A stretch of DNA of 64,000 nucleotides, taken from positions 1,632,001 to 1,696,000 of the forward strand of contig CAWEEQ010000004.1 in the NCBI GenBank assembly GCA_963808235.1. Direction: 5' to 3'. This document shows positions 40,388 through 50,478 of the stretch, piece after piece. This DNA comes from an uncultured delta proteobacterium (lineage in GTDB: Bacteria > Desulfobacterota > Binatia > Binatales > Binataceae). Numbering within the stretch: position 1 is the stretch's first letter; each line of letters starts with the position of its first letter. Both the position numbers and the translations under genes were made by a program. Below the pieces are notes generated by a model. It saw only the letters and a program-made list of their open reading frames with translations, ran no database searches and was not told the DNA's origin.

Positions 40388-40969
40388 TCAAATCGCCGCT
40401 CTCTTGCCCGCCGCCGCCATCGGTTTCGGGCGCAACACTTTCAGCACCCGCACATAGTAGTCGATTCCCGACCACACCGTGACCGCCATCGCGATCCACA
40501 GGATGAACATCCCGGCCGCGAAAAAATCGACGTGAAAGTATGTGTAATGAATCAGCAGACCGTGTATCGCGATCGCCTGCAGCACCATCTTGTATTTGCC
40601 GAGCTCCTCGGCCGCCACGATCAGCCCCTCCGCGGCCGCCACCGCGCGCAGCCCGGTCACCAGAATTTCCCGCGACACCAGCACCACCACCATCCACGCC
40701 GGCACATGCGGCACCCGCGCCATCCCGGTCAGCATGATCAGCGCCGTCATTACGATCAGCTTGTCCGCCATCGGATCGAGGAATTTCCCGAGCGTGGTGA
40801 CCGAGTCGTAACTGCGCGCAAGGTATCCGTCAAAATAATCACTGACCGTCGCGACGAAGAACACGCCCGCTGCCGCCCACGACGCGGCCGGTCCTGTGTA
40901 CATCATGATCCAGATCAGGATCGGCGCGGTCGCGATCCGGAAAAGTGTGACGATATTTGGCGGCGTCAT
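40388..40969 (-). CDS. pgsA: CDP-diacylglycerol--glycerol-3-phosphate 3-phosphatidyltransferase
   Basis: PNIVTLFRI, SDYFDGYLAR, GKFLDPMADK. Confidence 0.95.
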   Translation of the reverse strand: MTPPNIVTLFRIATAPILIWIMMYTGPAASWAAAGVFFVATVSDYFDGYLARSYDSVTTLGKFLDPMADKLIVMTALIMLTGMARVPHVPAWMVVVLVSREILVTGLRAVAAAEGLIVAAEELGKYKMVLQAIAIHGLLIHYTYFHVDFFAAGMFILWIAMAVTVWSGIDYYVRVLKVLRPKPMAAAGKRAAI

Positions 40970-41190
40970 CGGCACGGACGTTGGCCTGCATCAACTCTAC
41001 GAAACTGCGCTGCGGAGGTTTCGTCATCGGGTGCGCTCCGCTCCGTCAAGATTATTTGAATCGCATAGAGGGAGCAATTCGCAGCCGTTCGAATTGCCTT
41101 GACTGGCCGCGCGCTGGTCGAGTAGCGTCAAATTGACACAACGCAATCCGTCTTTCGTCCAGATGAGAAGCGCGGAGCGTCGAAGGCCTG

Positions 41191-42829
41191 ATGATGAAGC
41201 ATAACGCGCAACTGTTCAGCGACTTCCTGGTGATTGGCGGCGGTATCGCCGGCCTCACCTTCGCAATCAAAGCCGCCGAAGTCGGCACCGTCACCGTGCT
41301 GACCAAGGCCGGCAGTTCCGAGGCCAACACCAGCTACGCTCAGGGCGGTATCGCGAGCGTATGGAGCGTCGACGATTCGTTCGAGTCGCACATCGAGGAC
41401 ACGATTCGCGCCGGCGCCGGCCTATGCGATCGCGACGCGGTCGAGACCATCGTCCGCGAAGGTCCAGAGGCGGTGCGCGAATTGATCCGTCTCGGCACCC
41501 GCTTCACGAAGGTCGAAAATGGCGAGACCGACGGCACCGATGACAGCGAGCTCGAATACGATCTCGGCAAGGAAGGCGGGCACAGCCACCGCCGCGTGTT
41601 GCATGCGCAGGATCTGACCGGACGCGAGATAATGCGCGCGCTCACCGAGGCCGCGAAGGCGCGCCCGAATATCCGCACGCTGGAGAATCACGTCGCGATT
41701 AATCTTCTCGTCGAGACTCCCGCGGCTGGCAAGCCCGGCGCATGCTGGGGCGTTTACGCACTCGATCGCAACACGCACGAAATCCGCAAAGTCATTTCGC
41801 GCGCCACGATGCTCGCGACGGGTGGCGCGGGCAAAGTCTATCTGTACACCACCAATCCCGACATCGCGTCGGGCGACGGGGTCGCGATGGCGTATCGCGC
41901 GGGCGCCGCGGTCGCGAACCTCGAGTTCTACCAGTTCCATCCGACCTGCTTGTACCATCCCGCCGCCAAGTCGTTTCTGATCTCTGAGGCGCTCCGCGGC
42001 GAAGGCGCGATTCTGAAGTTGCCAGACGGCACCGCCTTCATGAAGCGCTACCATCCGGACGCGGAGCTGGCGCCGCGCGACGTCGTTGCGCGCGCGATCG
42101 ACTCTGAGATGAAACGCCACGGCCTCGACTTCGTGTATCTCGATCTCAGCCATCGAGAGGCAGATTTCATCAAACGTCGCTTTCCGAATATCTTCAAGCG
42201 ATGCTTGAGCTTTGGATTTGACCTCACCAAGGGCCCAATCCCGGTGGTTCCTGCCGCTCATTACATGTGCGGCGGCGTGTCGCACCGATCTCGACGGCCG
42301 CACTTCGATTCCGCGCCTGTACGCGGCCGGCGAAGTTGCGATGACCGGTCTGCATGGCGCAAACCGCCTCGCGTCGAACTCGCTGCTCGAGGCCGCCGTG
42401 ATGGGCCGGCGCGGATTCGCGTCGGCGCGCGAAATCGTCGCGTCGGGACGCGGCCACCCGCCCGAGTTCCCCGAATGGGATCCCGGCCGCGCAATTCGCA
42501 GCGAAGAACGCGTGATGATCACGCAGAGCTGGGACGAGATTCGCCGCCTGATGTGGAACTACGTCGGCATCGTGCGCAGCGACCGCCGCCTCGAACGCGC
42601 GCTGCGCAGAATCCTGATGGTCAAGGATGAAATCCACAGCTACTACTGGGACCATCTGCTCGACGCCGACACGATCGAGTTGCGCAACCTCGCCAAGGTC
42701 GCCGAGTTGGTCGTTCGATCCGCGATGAATCGTCACGAGTCGCGCGGCCTGCACTACAATATCGATCATCCGGAAACGGGCGGCGACGAATGGATCCATC
42801 CGACGATTCTGCAGAAGCCCGTTCAGTAA
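41191..42829 (+). CDS. nadB: L-aspartate oxidase (+1 frameshift near 42280)
   Basis: AQGGIA, EGGHS, QFHPT, LISEALRGEG, AHYMCGGV-[t]-RTDLDG, GLHGANRLASNSLLE, ESRGLHY. Confidence 0.93.
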
Positions 42830-42838
42830 GCGCTCGCG

Positions 42839-43438
42839 ATGGAGATGGATAAGAAGGAAGTGAAAATGTATTCGGACTACAAAAGTCCGTTTGCGTATCT
42901 CGCCTTCGATCCAGCGTTCGAGCTCGAAAAAAACTTCCGCATTCGCCTCCGATGGATTCCGTTCCAGCTCCGTATCAAGGGCAAGGGCGAGCGCAGTCTC
43001 TATTCCGAACACAAGGCGCGCTACTCATACCTCGACGCCCGCCGATGGGCGAAGCCGCGCGGCCTGACGATTCGCGGACCATCGAAAGTTTACGACACAA
43101 CGCCTGCACTAATCGGCGGCCTCTTCGCAGAGCAACAGGGCCGTCTCCTCGACTACAGCCGCAAAGTGTACGAGTTGTTCTTCAAACGCGAACTCGAAGC
43201 CGATCAGCCCGACGCTGTCGCGAGCGTGATCGCAACCCTCGGCATGTCAGCCGACGACTATCGCAAATTCCTATCCGGCGAAGGCCTGGCGGCTTACAAC
43301 CGCTCCCAGAGCGAAGCTGCGGAGGATCACGTCTTCGGAGTCCCGCTATTCATCTTCGAAGGCGAACCATTCTGGGGCCACGATCGGATCCCGATTCTCG
43401 CCGAACGCCTCACCGAAGCAGGACTCGCATCGCACTAG
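42839..43438 (+). CDS. DsbA-like/kappa-GST (2-hydroxychromene-2-carboxylate isomerase family) protein
   Basis: YSDYKSPFAYL, VFGVP, FWGHDR. Confidence 0.88.
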   Translation: MEMDKKEVKMYSDYKSPFAYLAFDPAFELEKNFRIRLRWIPFQLRIKGKGERSLYSEHKARYSYLDARRWAKPRGLTIRGPSKVYDTTPALIGGLFAEQQGRLLDYSRKVYELFFKRELEADQPDAVASVIATLGMSADDYRKFLSGEGLAAYNRSQSEAAEDHVFGVPLFIFEGEPFWGHDRIPILAERLTEAGLASH

Positions 43439-43448
43439 GTACTCGAGC

Positions 43449-44240
43449 TTGCGCAATCCCGCCGGCCCGCTAACCGCTGTCGAGAGAGTCAATCTCGCGT
43501 TTGCGATGACCTGGGCGGCCGGCTTCGTCGATCTCGTCGGTTACGTCTCGCTCTACGGCCTCTACACCTCGCACATGACCGGCAACACCGTCGCGATGGC
43601 GCGTCACATCTCGGAGCTCGATTGGAGCGGCGTGGTCCGTCGCGGATGGCCTATCGTGACTTTCATCTTCGGCCTGATGCTCGGCTCGTTTATTTACGAA
43701 GCGGAGAAGCGTCGCAAGATCCTGGCTCCATTTCCGCCCGCGATCGGCCTCGAAGCACTGCTCATCGGTGTCTTCATCGCGCTCGGCATCGGCAGCGGCT
43801 TCAAGGCCGACATTCCACCGCAGCCGGCCGGCAAATTTTTCCTGATGGTCGCGATGCTCGCGATTCCGATGGGCATCCAGAACGTCGTCATCCGAAAAGT
43901 CGGCGGGATGAACGTGTACACGACTTTCGTGACCGGCTCGCTGGTCAAGTTCGCCGAAAGTCTCTCCGAATTTTTGTTCTGGTTCCGCGATCGAACCCGT
44001 CGCCGTTCCCGCCGCCGGATCATCCACGTCCTCAGGATTTCGCCGCGCACCCGACCGGCTCGGCGCGCGGCACTGACGCTCGGCCTATGGGCCGTCTATC
44101 TGGCGGGTGCGATCTGCGCTGGTTTTTCGATGGATCGATTTGCGCTGCTCGCGATGCTCGCGCCGTTCGCGCTGCTCTCCGCGATCGCTCTGTACGGCGC
44201 CTTCCGCCCGCTCCTCCCACTCTCGTCCGACGAGTGGTGA
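43449..44240 (+). CDS. YoaK/DUF1275 family membrane protein
   Basis: AGFVD, SHMTGN, MGIQN, TTFVTG. Confidence 0.9.
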   Translation: MRNPAGPLTAVERVNLAFAMTWAAGFVDLVGYVSLYGLYTSHMTGNTVAMARHISELDWSGVVRRGWPIVTFIFGLMLGSFIYEAEKRRKILAPFPPAIGLEALLIGVFIALGIGSGFKADIPPQPAGKFFLMVAMLAIPMGIQNVVIRKVGGMNVYTTFVTGSLVKFAESLSEFLFWFRDRTRRRSRRRIIHVLRISPRTRPARRAALTLGLWAVYLAGAICAGFSMDRFALLAMLAPFALLSAIALYGAFRPLLPLSSDEW

Positions 44241-44265
44241 ACGGCGCATCAAGAGCGGATTGGGA

Positions 44266-46614
44266 TTACGCGACCGGCGCGGGCTGACGCGCCGGGGTCG
44301 GCTCGTAGCTGAATGCGAGCTTGTCGCCGTCGAGGTCTACGATCGCTTTGCCGCCCTTGGTGAGCTTGCCGAACAGTACCTCGTCCGCGAGCACGCGCGC
44401 GATTTCGTTCTCGATCAATCGTCCGAGCGGACGCGCGCCGAAGCGCGGATCGTGTCCGTGTTCCGCAAGCCATTTTTTGGCCGGCGCCGCCACCGAGAGC
44501 ACGACCTTCTGCTTGTCTAGGCGCTCCTGCAACTCGGCAATAAACTTGTCTACCACCATCTCCATGACCGGCGGACTCAGTGGAGCAAATTCGATCGTCG
44601 CCGAAAGTCGGTTGCGGAACTCCGGCGAGAACATCCGCTCCAGCACGCCCTTCGGATTGCCCTGCCCTATTCCGCCGCTGAATCCGATCATCGCGCGCGA
44701 CAGTTCCTGCGCGCCCGCATTCGTCGTCATCACCAGGATCACGTTGCGGAAATCCGCCTTGCGCCCGTTGTTGTCGGTCAGCGTCGCGTGATCCATCACC
44801 TGGAGCAAGATGTTGAACAGGTCCGGGTGCGCCTTTTCGATTTCGTCGAGCAGCAGCACGCAATGCGGCGTCTTGTTGATCCCGTCGGTGAGCAGTCCGC
44901 CCTGATCGAAACCGACGTATCCCGGCGGCGCACCAATCAAGCGCGACACCGTATGCCGCTCCATGTACTCGCTCATGTCGAAGCGGATGAACTCGACGCC
45001 CATCACCTTCGCGAGTTGCCGCGCCACTTCAGTCTTGCCGACGCCGGTCGGTCCCGCGAACAGGAACGCGCCCACCGGCTTGTCCGGATGACTCAGCCCC
45101 GAGCGCGCGAGCTTGATTGCCCGAGCGACGGAGTTTATTGCCTCGTCCTGCCCGAAGACCGCCTTCTTCATATCCTCGTCGAGCATCTGCAGGCGTCCGC
45201 GATCGGTCGCCGAGACCGTGCGCTCCGGAATCTTCGCGATACGCGCGACCGTCCGTTCCACGTCGCGCGTCCCGACCGTCACCGGCTCGCTGGCGCCCGC
45301 ACCGCGCAGATGCCCCGCGACTCCGGCCTCGTCCATCACGTCGATCGCCTTGTCGGGCAGAAAGCGGTCGTTGACGTAGCGCGCCGACAGCTCAACGGCG
45401 GATTTGATCGCCGCGCTGGTGTAGCGAACATTATGATGCTTTTCGTAGTACGACTTGATCCCGTTCAGGATCAGCACCGCCTCGTCCTGGGTCGGCTCGA
45501 CCACGTCGATTCGCTGGAAGCGCCGCGCAAGCGCCTTGTCCTTGTCGAACGAGCGCTTGTACTCCTGATAGGTCGTCGATCCGATACAGCGCAGGTCGCC
45601 CGACGCGAGCGCGGGCTTAAGCAGGTTCGATGCATCCATCGTCCCGCCCGACGCCGCACCGGCGCCGACGATCGTGTGAATCTCGTCGATGAACAAAATT
45701 CGTTTCGAGTTGCCGACCACGGCCTTGATAACCGCCTTCAGCCGCTGCTCGAAGTCGCCGCGAAACCGCGTCCCCGCAAGCAACGCGCCCATGTCGAGCG
45801 CGTAGATCTCGACACCCTTCAACGCGTCGGGCACCTCTCCATGATGGATTGCCAGCGCAAGACCCTCGGCGAGGGCGGTCTTCCCGACACCGGCCTCGCC
45901 GACAAACACAGGATTGTTCTTGCGCCGGCGGAGCAACACGTGCACCGCGCGCTCGAGCTCGTTCTTGCGCCCCACCAGCGGATCGATCTTGCCGTCAGCC
46001 GCGCGCTTGGCGAGATTGATCGCATATGTATTCAGCGCCTTCGACGGCGACATCTTTCGCTCGCCGTCCTCGTCGCTGCCTTCGTGCTCATGCTCTTCGT
46101 GTTCGATCGAATCTTTTTCCGAATCGCCGCTATCGCTTTCGGATTCGTCCTCGGCGCCGACTTTCGACACTCCGTGCGAAATATAGTTGATGGCGTCGAA
46201 GCGGGTGACGCCCTGCTCCTGCAAGAAGAAAATCGCCGGCGATTCGGTTTCGTGGAACATCGCAACCAGCACGTTGCTGCCGCTGATTTCCTGGTGCCCC
46301 GAGGATTGCACATGCAGCGCCGCGCGCTGCAGCGCCCGCTGCACTCCGATCGCATATCGCGGCGCCGCGGTCTCGCTCTTCGGCATCCGCTCGACCTGCT
46401 CGTCGAGATAGTGCCCGAGCTTGCGCCGCAGCGCATCCAAATCTGCGCCGCAGTTTTTCAAAATGTTGCTCGACGTCACGTCGTGCAGCATCGCGTAGAG
46501 CAGATGCTCCAAACACACGAACTCATGGCGTCGGTTCACAGCCTCGGTCATCGCCAGCTGCAAGGTTACCTGCAGTTCGCGGCTGATCATGATGTTATTA
46601 TTGGATGGAGGCAT
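44266..46614 (-). CDS. clpA: ATP-dependent Clp protease ATP-binding subunit ClpA
   Basis: RRHEFVCLEHLL, GEAGVGKT, GPTGVGKTE, SRLIGAPPGYVG; directly downstream of clpS. Confidence 0.96.
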   Translation of the reverse strand: MPPSNNNIMISRELQVTLQLAMTEAVNRRHEFVCLEHLLYAMLHDVTSSNILKNCGADLDALRRKLGHYLDEQVERMPKSETAAPRYAIGVQRALQRAALHVQSSGHQEISGSNVLVAMFHETESPAIFFLQEQGVTRFDAINYISHGVSKVGAEDESESDSGDSEKDSIEHEEHEHEGSDEDGERKMSPSKALNTYAINLAKRAADGKIDPLVGRKNELERAVHVLLRRRKNNPVFVGEAGVGKTALAEGLALAIHHGEVPDALKGVEIYALDMGALLAGTRFRGDFEQRLKAVIKAVVGNSKRILFIDEIHTIVGAGAASGGTMDASNLLKPALASGDLRCIGSTTYQEYKRSFDKDKALARRFQRIDVVEPTQDEAVLILNGIKSYYEKHHNVRYTSAAIKSAVELSARYVNDRFLPDKAIDVMDEAGVAGHLRGAGASEPVTVGTRDVERTVARIAKIPERTVSATDRGRLQMLDEDMKKAVFGQDEAINSVARAIKLARSGLSHPDKPVGAFLFAGPTGVGKTEVARQLAKVMGVEFIRFDMSEYMERHTVSRLIGAPPGYVGFDQGGLLTDGINKTPHCVLLLDEIEKAHPDLFNILLQVMDHATLTDNNGRKADFRNVILVMTTNAGAQELSRAMIGFSGGIGQGNPKGVLERMFSPEFRNRLSATIEFAPLSPPVMEMVVDKFIAELQERLDKQKVVLSVAAPAKKWLAEHGHDPRFGARPLGRLIENEIARVLADEVLFGKLTKGGKAIVDLDGDKLAFSYEPTPARQPAPVA

Positions 46615-46636
46615 CTTCGATTTGGCCCGTCGGGCG

Positions 46637-47005
46637 TCACTCCTTTTCCATCACGCACTTCAGCGGATACTCGGCCTGCCGCGCCAATTCCTCGACCGTG
46701 TTGGTCTTGGTTTCCGCGACCTCAAATGGATACACGCCCGCGATTCCCATCCCGTTCTGATGCACGTGCAGCATGATCCGGGTCGCGTCGGCATGCTCCT
46801 TATGAAACACGGCCTTCAGCACTTCGACCACAAACTCCATCGGCGTGTAATCGTCATTGAGCAAAATCACCTTGTACAGCGGCGGCTTCGCAGTCTTCGA
46901 TTTGGTGCGAGTCTTCCGCTCGGTTACGATACCACCGTCGCCGTTGCGGCCCTCGCCGTCACCGTCGGTGATTCGCGCCGTTTCAATAAACCTAAGCACG
47001 GCCAT
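46637..47005 (-). CDS. clpS: Clp protease adaptor ClpS
   Basis: YKVILLNDDYTPMEFVV, YPLKC. Confidence 0.96.
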   Translation of the reverse strand: MAVLRFIETARITDGDGEGRNGDGGIVTERKTRTKSKTAKPPLYKVILLNDDYTPMEFVVEVLKAVFHKEHADATRIMLHVHQNGMGIAGVYPFEVAETKTNTVEELARQAEYPLKCVMEKE

Positions 47006-47105
47006 AAGGATAGCAAATTCAAGCAAGCTGAGTGGAGTATCCCAATCGAACTTTCAGATATTATGCGAACAGCAGATTTGTCATGCACGATCGGATGTTT
47101 TTAGA

Positions 47106-48296
47106 ATGAACGACGCCGCACCACGACTCGACGTCGCAGTCGTCGAGGGAATCGACAAAATCCCGCGCGAGGCCTGGGACAACCTGCTCGCGCCCGACGA
47201 TTCCCCATTCCTCGAATGGGACTGGCTCTATGCGATGGAGCATTCCGGCTCCGCGTCGCGAAAAACCGGATGGGCGCCGTATCATCTGATCGTTCGCGAG
47301 GGGCCGAAGAAAAGAATCGTCGCCGCGTGCCCGCTCTATCTCAAAACTCACAGCATGGGCGAGTTCGTTTTCGATCACGGATGGGCCGACGCCGCCGAGC
47401 AGGCCGGCATCCGATATTTTCCGAAATTGATGGTCGGTGTCCCGTTCACGCCGCATACCGGGCGCCGATTTCTCACCGCGCCCGGGATGGACCGCGCCGG
47501 CCTGATTCATCTGATCGGCCTCGCGCTCTCCTCGATATGCGAAGACAACAAGCTCTCGAGTGTGCACGTCAACTTTTGCGAACCCGACGAAGCGCACGCG
47601 CTCGCGCCGATCGGATTCATGGAGCGGGCCGGCTACCAGTACCATTGGCACAACGCGGGCTTCGCGACCTTCGACGACTACCTGAACCGGCTGAAGCACA
47701 AGCGCCGCACCGCGGTCCGTCACGAGCGCGGCGCGCTCGAGGAACAGGGAATCACGATCAGGGTCTTCGCCGGCGAAGAGATCGCGGACCATATGTTCCC
47801 CGAGATGTACGCGATCTACCTGTCCACGATCGAAAAACTTTACTGGGGGCGCCAGTACCTGACCGAGAATTTTTTCAACATCATCCGCGACCGATTCAAA
47901 CGCAACATGGTCTTCATCGCCGCATACCACGGACGCGAACTAGTCGCCGGCGCGGTGAACCTCGCCAAAGCAGACCTGATGTACGGTCGTTACTGGGGAT
48001 GCTTCCGCGACGTCCGCTTCCTGCATTTCAACGTATGCTACTACGCAGGAATCGAGCACTCGATCGCCAAAGGAATCCAGCGTTACGAACCAGGCGCGGG
48101 CGGCGAATACAAATGGCTCCGCGGCTTCGACCCAGCGCTGACCAGAAGCATCCACTACATCGTCCACCCCGGATTAAAAAAAGCGATCGCCGGATTTCTG
48201 AAGCGCGAACGTACCGAAGTAGAACGATGGATCGTCGCGGGCAAAGAGCGCAGCCAGTTGAAACCGCCCCCGCCGTCAGACCAGGAATCTGAGTAG
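47106..48296 (+). CDS. FemAB-like GNAT protein (DUF482)
   Basis: YLKTHSMGEFVFDHGWA, VPFTP, YGRYWG, LHFNVCYY, GAGGEYK. Confidence 0.9.
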   Translation: MNDAAPRLDVAVVEGIDKIPREAWDNLLAPDDSPFLEWDWLYAMEHSGSASRKTGWAPYHLIVREGPKKRIVAACPLYLKTHSMGEFVFDHGWADAAEQAGIRYFPKLMVGVPFTPHTGRRFLTAPGMDRAGLIHLIGLALSSICEDNKLSSVHVNFCEPDEAHALAPIGFMERAGYQYHWHNAGFATFDDYLNRLKHKRRTAVRHERGALEEQGITIRVFAGEEIADHMFPEMYAIYLSTIEKLYWGRQYLTENFFNIIRDRFKRNMVFIAAYHGRELVAGAVNLAKADLMYGRYWGCFRDVRFLHFNVCYYAGIEHSIAKGIQRYEPGAGGEYKWLRGFDPALTRSIHYIVHPGLKKAIAGFLKRERTEVERWIVAGKERSQLKPPPPSDQESE

Positions 48297-49565
48297 CTAG
48301 GCGATCTCGCGCACGTTGGTCGGTGGCGCGGGGAAATCAAGTTCTGGGACGGGTTCGCCGGTAAGTCCGGTCACGCGATTTCGATATTTCGTCAGATGCC
48401 CCTTCGCGACTTCGAACGCCTGCTGCGCCTTTGACAGCGACTTGCCGAGGTCGTCGAAGCGATTTTCGAAATGCCCAAACGCGGCCTGCGCCTTCTTGAG
48501 TTCCTCGGTCGCGCGCTCGTGCCCCTTCGCGTACTCGTACATTTTGAAGACCATCTGGATCGATTGCAGTGTCACGATCAGCGTGTTCGGCGAGACCGGA
48601 TAGACGCGCCGCTTGTTCAGCCATTCGCTCAGCTCCGCGTTGAGCACCGCCTCCATGTAGAGCGTTTCGCTCGGCAGATACATCAGGGCCATGTCGGTGG
48701 TGCCATTTTCCGGATGGATGTAGTTGCCGATTCGTTTCGCCTGTTCCTTCATCACGCGCTCGAACTCGACCCGCGCCTGGTCGAGGGCTTGCGGATCGTT
48801 GGTTTCGAACAGCGCCAGCACCTGCTCGCGCGGAAACTTCGCGTCGATCGGCAGCGTGCGATCGGGAAACTTGATGACCGCATCGGCGCGCCCCGGGCCT
48901 TCTCCGTCGGGCGACGCTTGCAGATCGTACATGTGGCGTGGGAGGAAATCCTCGAGCAGGCGTTCGAGGCTTTGCTCGCCGAAGCGGCCGCGCAGATGAG
49001 GCATCTTGAGCAGGTTGTTGAGGTCGTTGATCGACTCGCCGATCACGCCGAGATTTTTCAGTTGCTCCTGCGCTTCATTCAGATGCTGCTGAACCTTCTC
49101 AAACTGTGCGAAACCGTCCTTAATATTCTGGTCCAGCTTCATTTGGACCGCATTGCCGATAGTTGCCAACTTCTGGTCGACGTCCGACCGTATCGCGTCC
49201 ATGCTGATCCGCGTCTCGGCGGTCAACGCAGCTATTTCCAGCTTGAGCGAGCTCGCCTGCTCCTGCCGCCCGGCTGAGAGCTGAGCCTCCAGTGATGTCT
49301 TCAGATTCGCGAACGAAGCGGTAAAGCGATCGGCGCTTTCGAGATTCAGGTCGCCTTTGACCTGCTGCAAGCGTCCGGCGATATCGGTCCGCGTGTGGGT
49401 CAGCTTTTCGTCGAGGCTTGCCGCAACCGAATTCAGCCGTTCGATCAGCTGCGCAGAAGAATCATTTGAGGAAAGCGCGCGCAGCCTCGCGAGCGCGAGG
49501 AAGATACCCACAACCGCCACCGCGCCCAGAACGACCACTGCCGCCGCAACCATTTCCATCGCCAT
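48297..49565 (-). CDS. rmuC: DNA recombination protein RmuC
   Basis: N-terminal TM plus coiled coil, RGRFGE, PIDAKFP, MYLPSE, VSPNT. Confidence 0.92.
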   Translation of the reverse strand: MAMEMVAAAVVVLGAVAVVGIFLALARLRALSSNDSSAQLIERLNSVAASLDEKLTHTRTDIAGRLQQVKGDLNLESADRFTASFANLKTSLEAQLSAGRQEQASSLKLEIAALTAETRISMDAIRSDVDQKLATIGNAVQMKLDQNIKDGFAQFEKVQQHLNEAQEQLKNLGVIGESINDLNNLLKMPHLRGRFGEQSLERLLEDFLPRHMYDLQASPDGEGPGRADAVIKFPDRTLPIDAKFPREQVLALFETNDPQALDQARVEFERVMKEQAKRIGNYIHPENGTTDMALMYLPSETLYMEAVLNAELSEWLNKRRVYPVSPNTLIVTLQSIQMVFKMYEYAKGHERATEELKKAQAAFGHFENRFDDLGKSLSKAQQAFEVAKGHLTKYRNRVTGLTGEPVPELDFPAPPTNVREIA

Positions 49566-49658
49566 CACCGTCGCCTCCCCTGCTCCACTTCCGCGTTAAA
49601 AATTCTATTCCCCATGAGTGAAGCCGTCGAATCGACTATCCACAATTATAGACCGACC

Positions 49659-49676
49659 CAATGACAACCGTTGACA
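49659..49676 (+). repeat. 18-bp perfect direct repeat, copy 1
   Basis: CAATGACAACCGTTGACA, identical at 50436-50453. Confidence 0.85.
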
Positions 49677-49770
49677 TGCGATGCGCGGAGGAGGACATTT
49701 TCGGGCGTTTGTCGCGGTTATTCCCCAGCAGTTCTAGCAGGGACGAAGTCCCGCATCCTTTCTTGTTACT

Positions 49771-49823
49771 GGGTGCAGGGGTCGCCCCTGCCCAAGGAAG
49801 CGTGAAACCCACGGCGGGTTTCA
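49771..49823 (+). repeat. Composite palindromic element (GGGTGCAGGGGTCGCCCCTGCC plus TGAAACCC..GGGTTTCA)
   Basis: Both hairpins recur in inverted order and orientation at 51755-51852. Confidence 0.7.
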
Positions 49824-49830
49824 GATTAGA

Positions 49831-50391
49831 TCAAGATTTCCGCTTCCCGAGTTCGCTTTTCGGACGATGCGCGAATGCTTTGTCGAATGCGTTTTCCAAC
49901 TCACGATTGGTGCCGCGGATCTTGTCGACTACTCTCTTCGCCCAATCGAAATATTCCTGCTTCCGCTTAAGGTCCCATCCGGCTGGAGGGTCGTGGACTA
50001 CATCGCGCAGATTGCAGATCTTGTCGGCCAGCTTCACCACTCGCGCGCGCGGAGACAGCGACGATGCGTGCTCCACCTGCAGGCGCTTGCGGTCTTCCCT
50101 GGACAGCATCTTGTTGTCGGTGACCTCCGCCACCAACTTTGCAATCGTCGGACTGAACTCGGCTTTGAGTTCTTCGAATGTGGTCGGAGTGTCTTCGACG
50201 GTATCGTGAAGGAGCGCCGCCGAAATCGTCTCCCCGTCGCGGATATTTCCCGTGCATACCAGCAACTCTGCGACCGCGATCGGATGGTTGATATACGGAA
50301 TCGGCTCCGCGCCTTTGCGAAGCTGCTTACGATGCTTGGTTGCGGCGAACGATAACGCCTTCATCAATAAATTCAGATCGAGCACTGCCAT
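49831..50391 (-). CDS. HD-domain small alarmone hydrolase (Mesh1-like)
   Basis: HRKQLRK, PYINHP, AALLHDTVEDT, VKLADKICNLRD; no synthetase domain. Confidence 0.88.
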   Translation of the reverse strand: MAVLDLNLLMKALSFAATKHRKQLRKGAEPIPYINHPIAVAELLVCTGNIRDGETISAALLHDTVEDTPTTFEELKAEFSPTIAKLVAEVTDNKMLSREDRKRLQVEHASSLSPRARVVKLADKICNLRDVVHDPPAGWDLKRKQEYFDWAKRVVDKIRGTNRELENAFDKAFAHRPKSELGKRKS

Positions 50392-50435
50392 TGCAGTCTT
50401 ATTGTACCCGGCTGACAGCATAAGCGGCACCCAAT

Positions 50436-50453
50436 CAATGACAACCGTTGACA
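50436..50453 (+). repeat. 18-bp perfect direct repeat, copy 2
   Basis: CAATGACAACCGTTGACA. Confidence 0.85.
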
Positions 50454-50478
50454 GGGCGAGGCGTGCTATCGTGGATGC

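Noticed and set aside
50448-50472. TTGACA...TATCGT as a sigma70 promoter
   Set aside because: Spacer is only 13 nt
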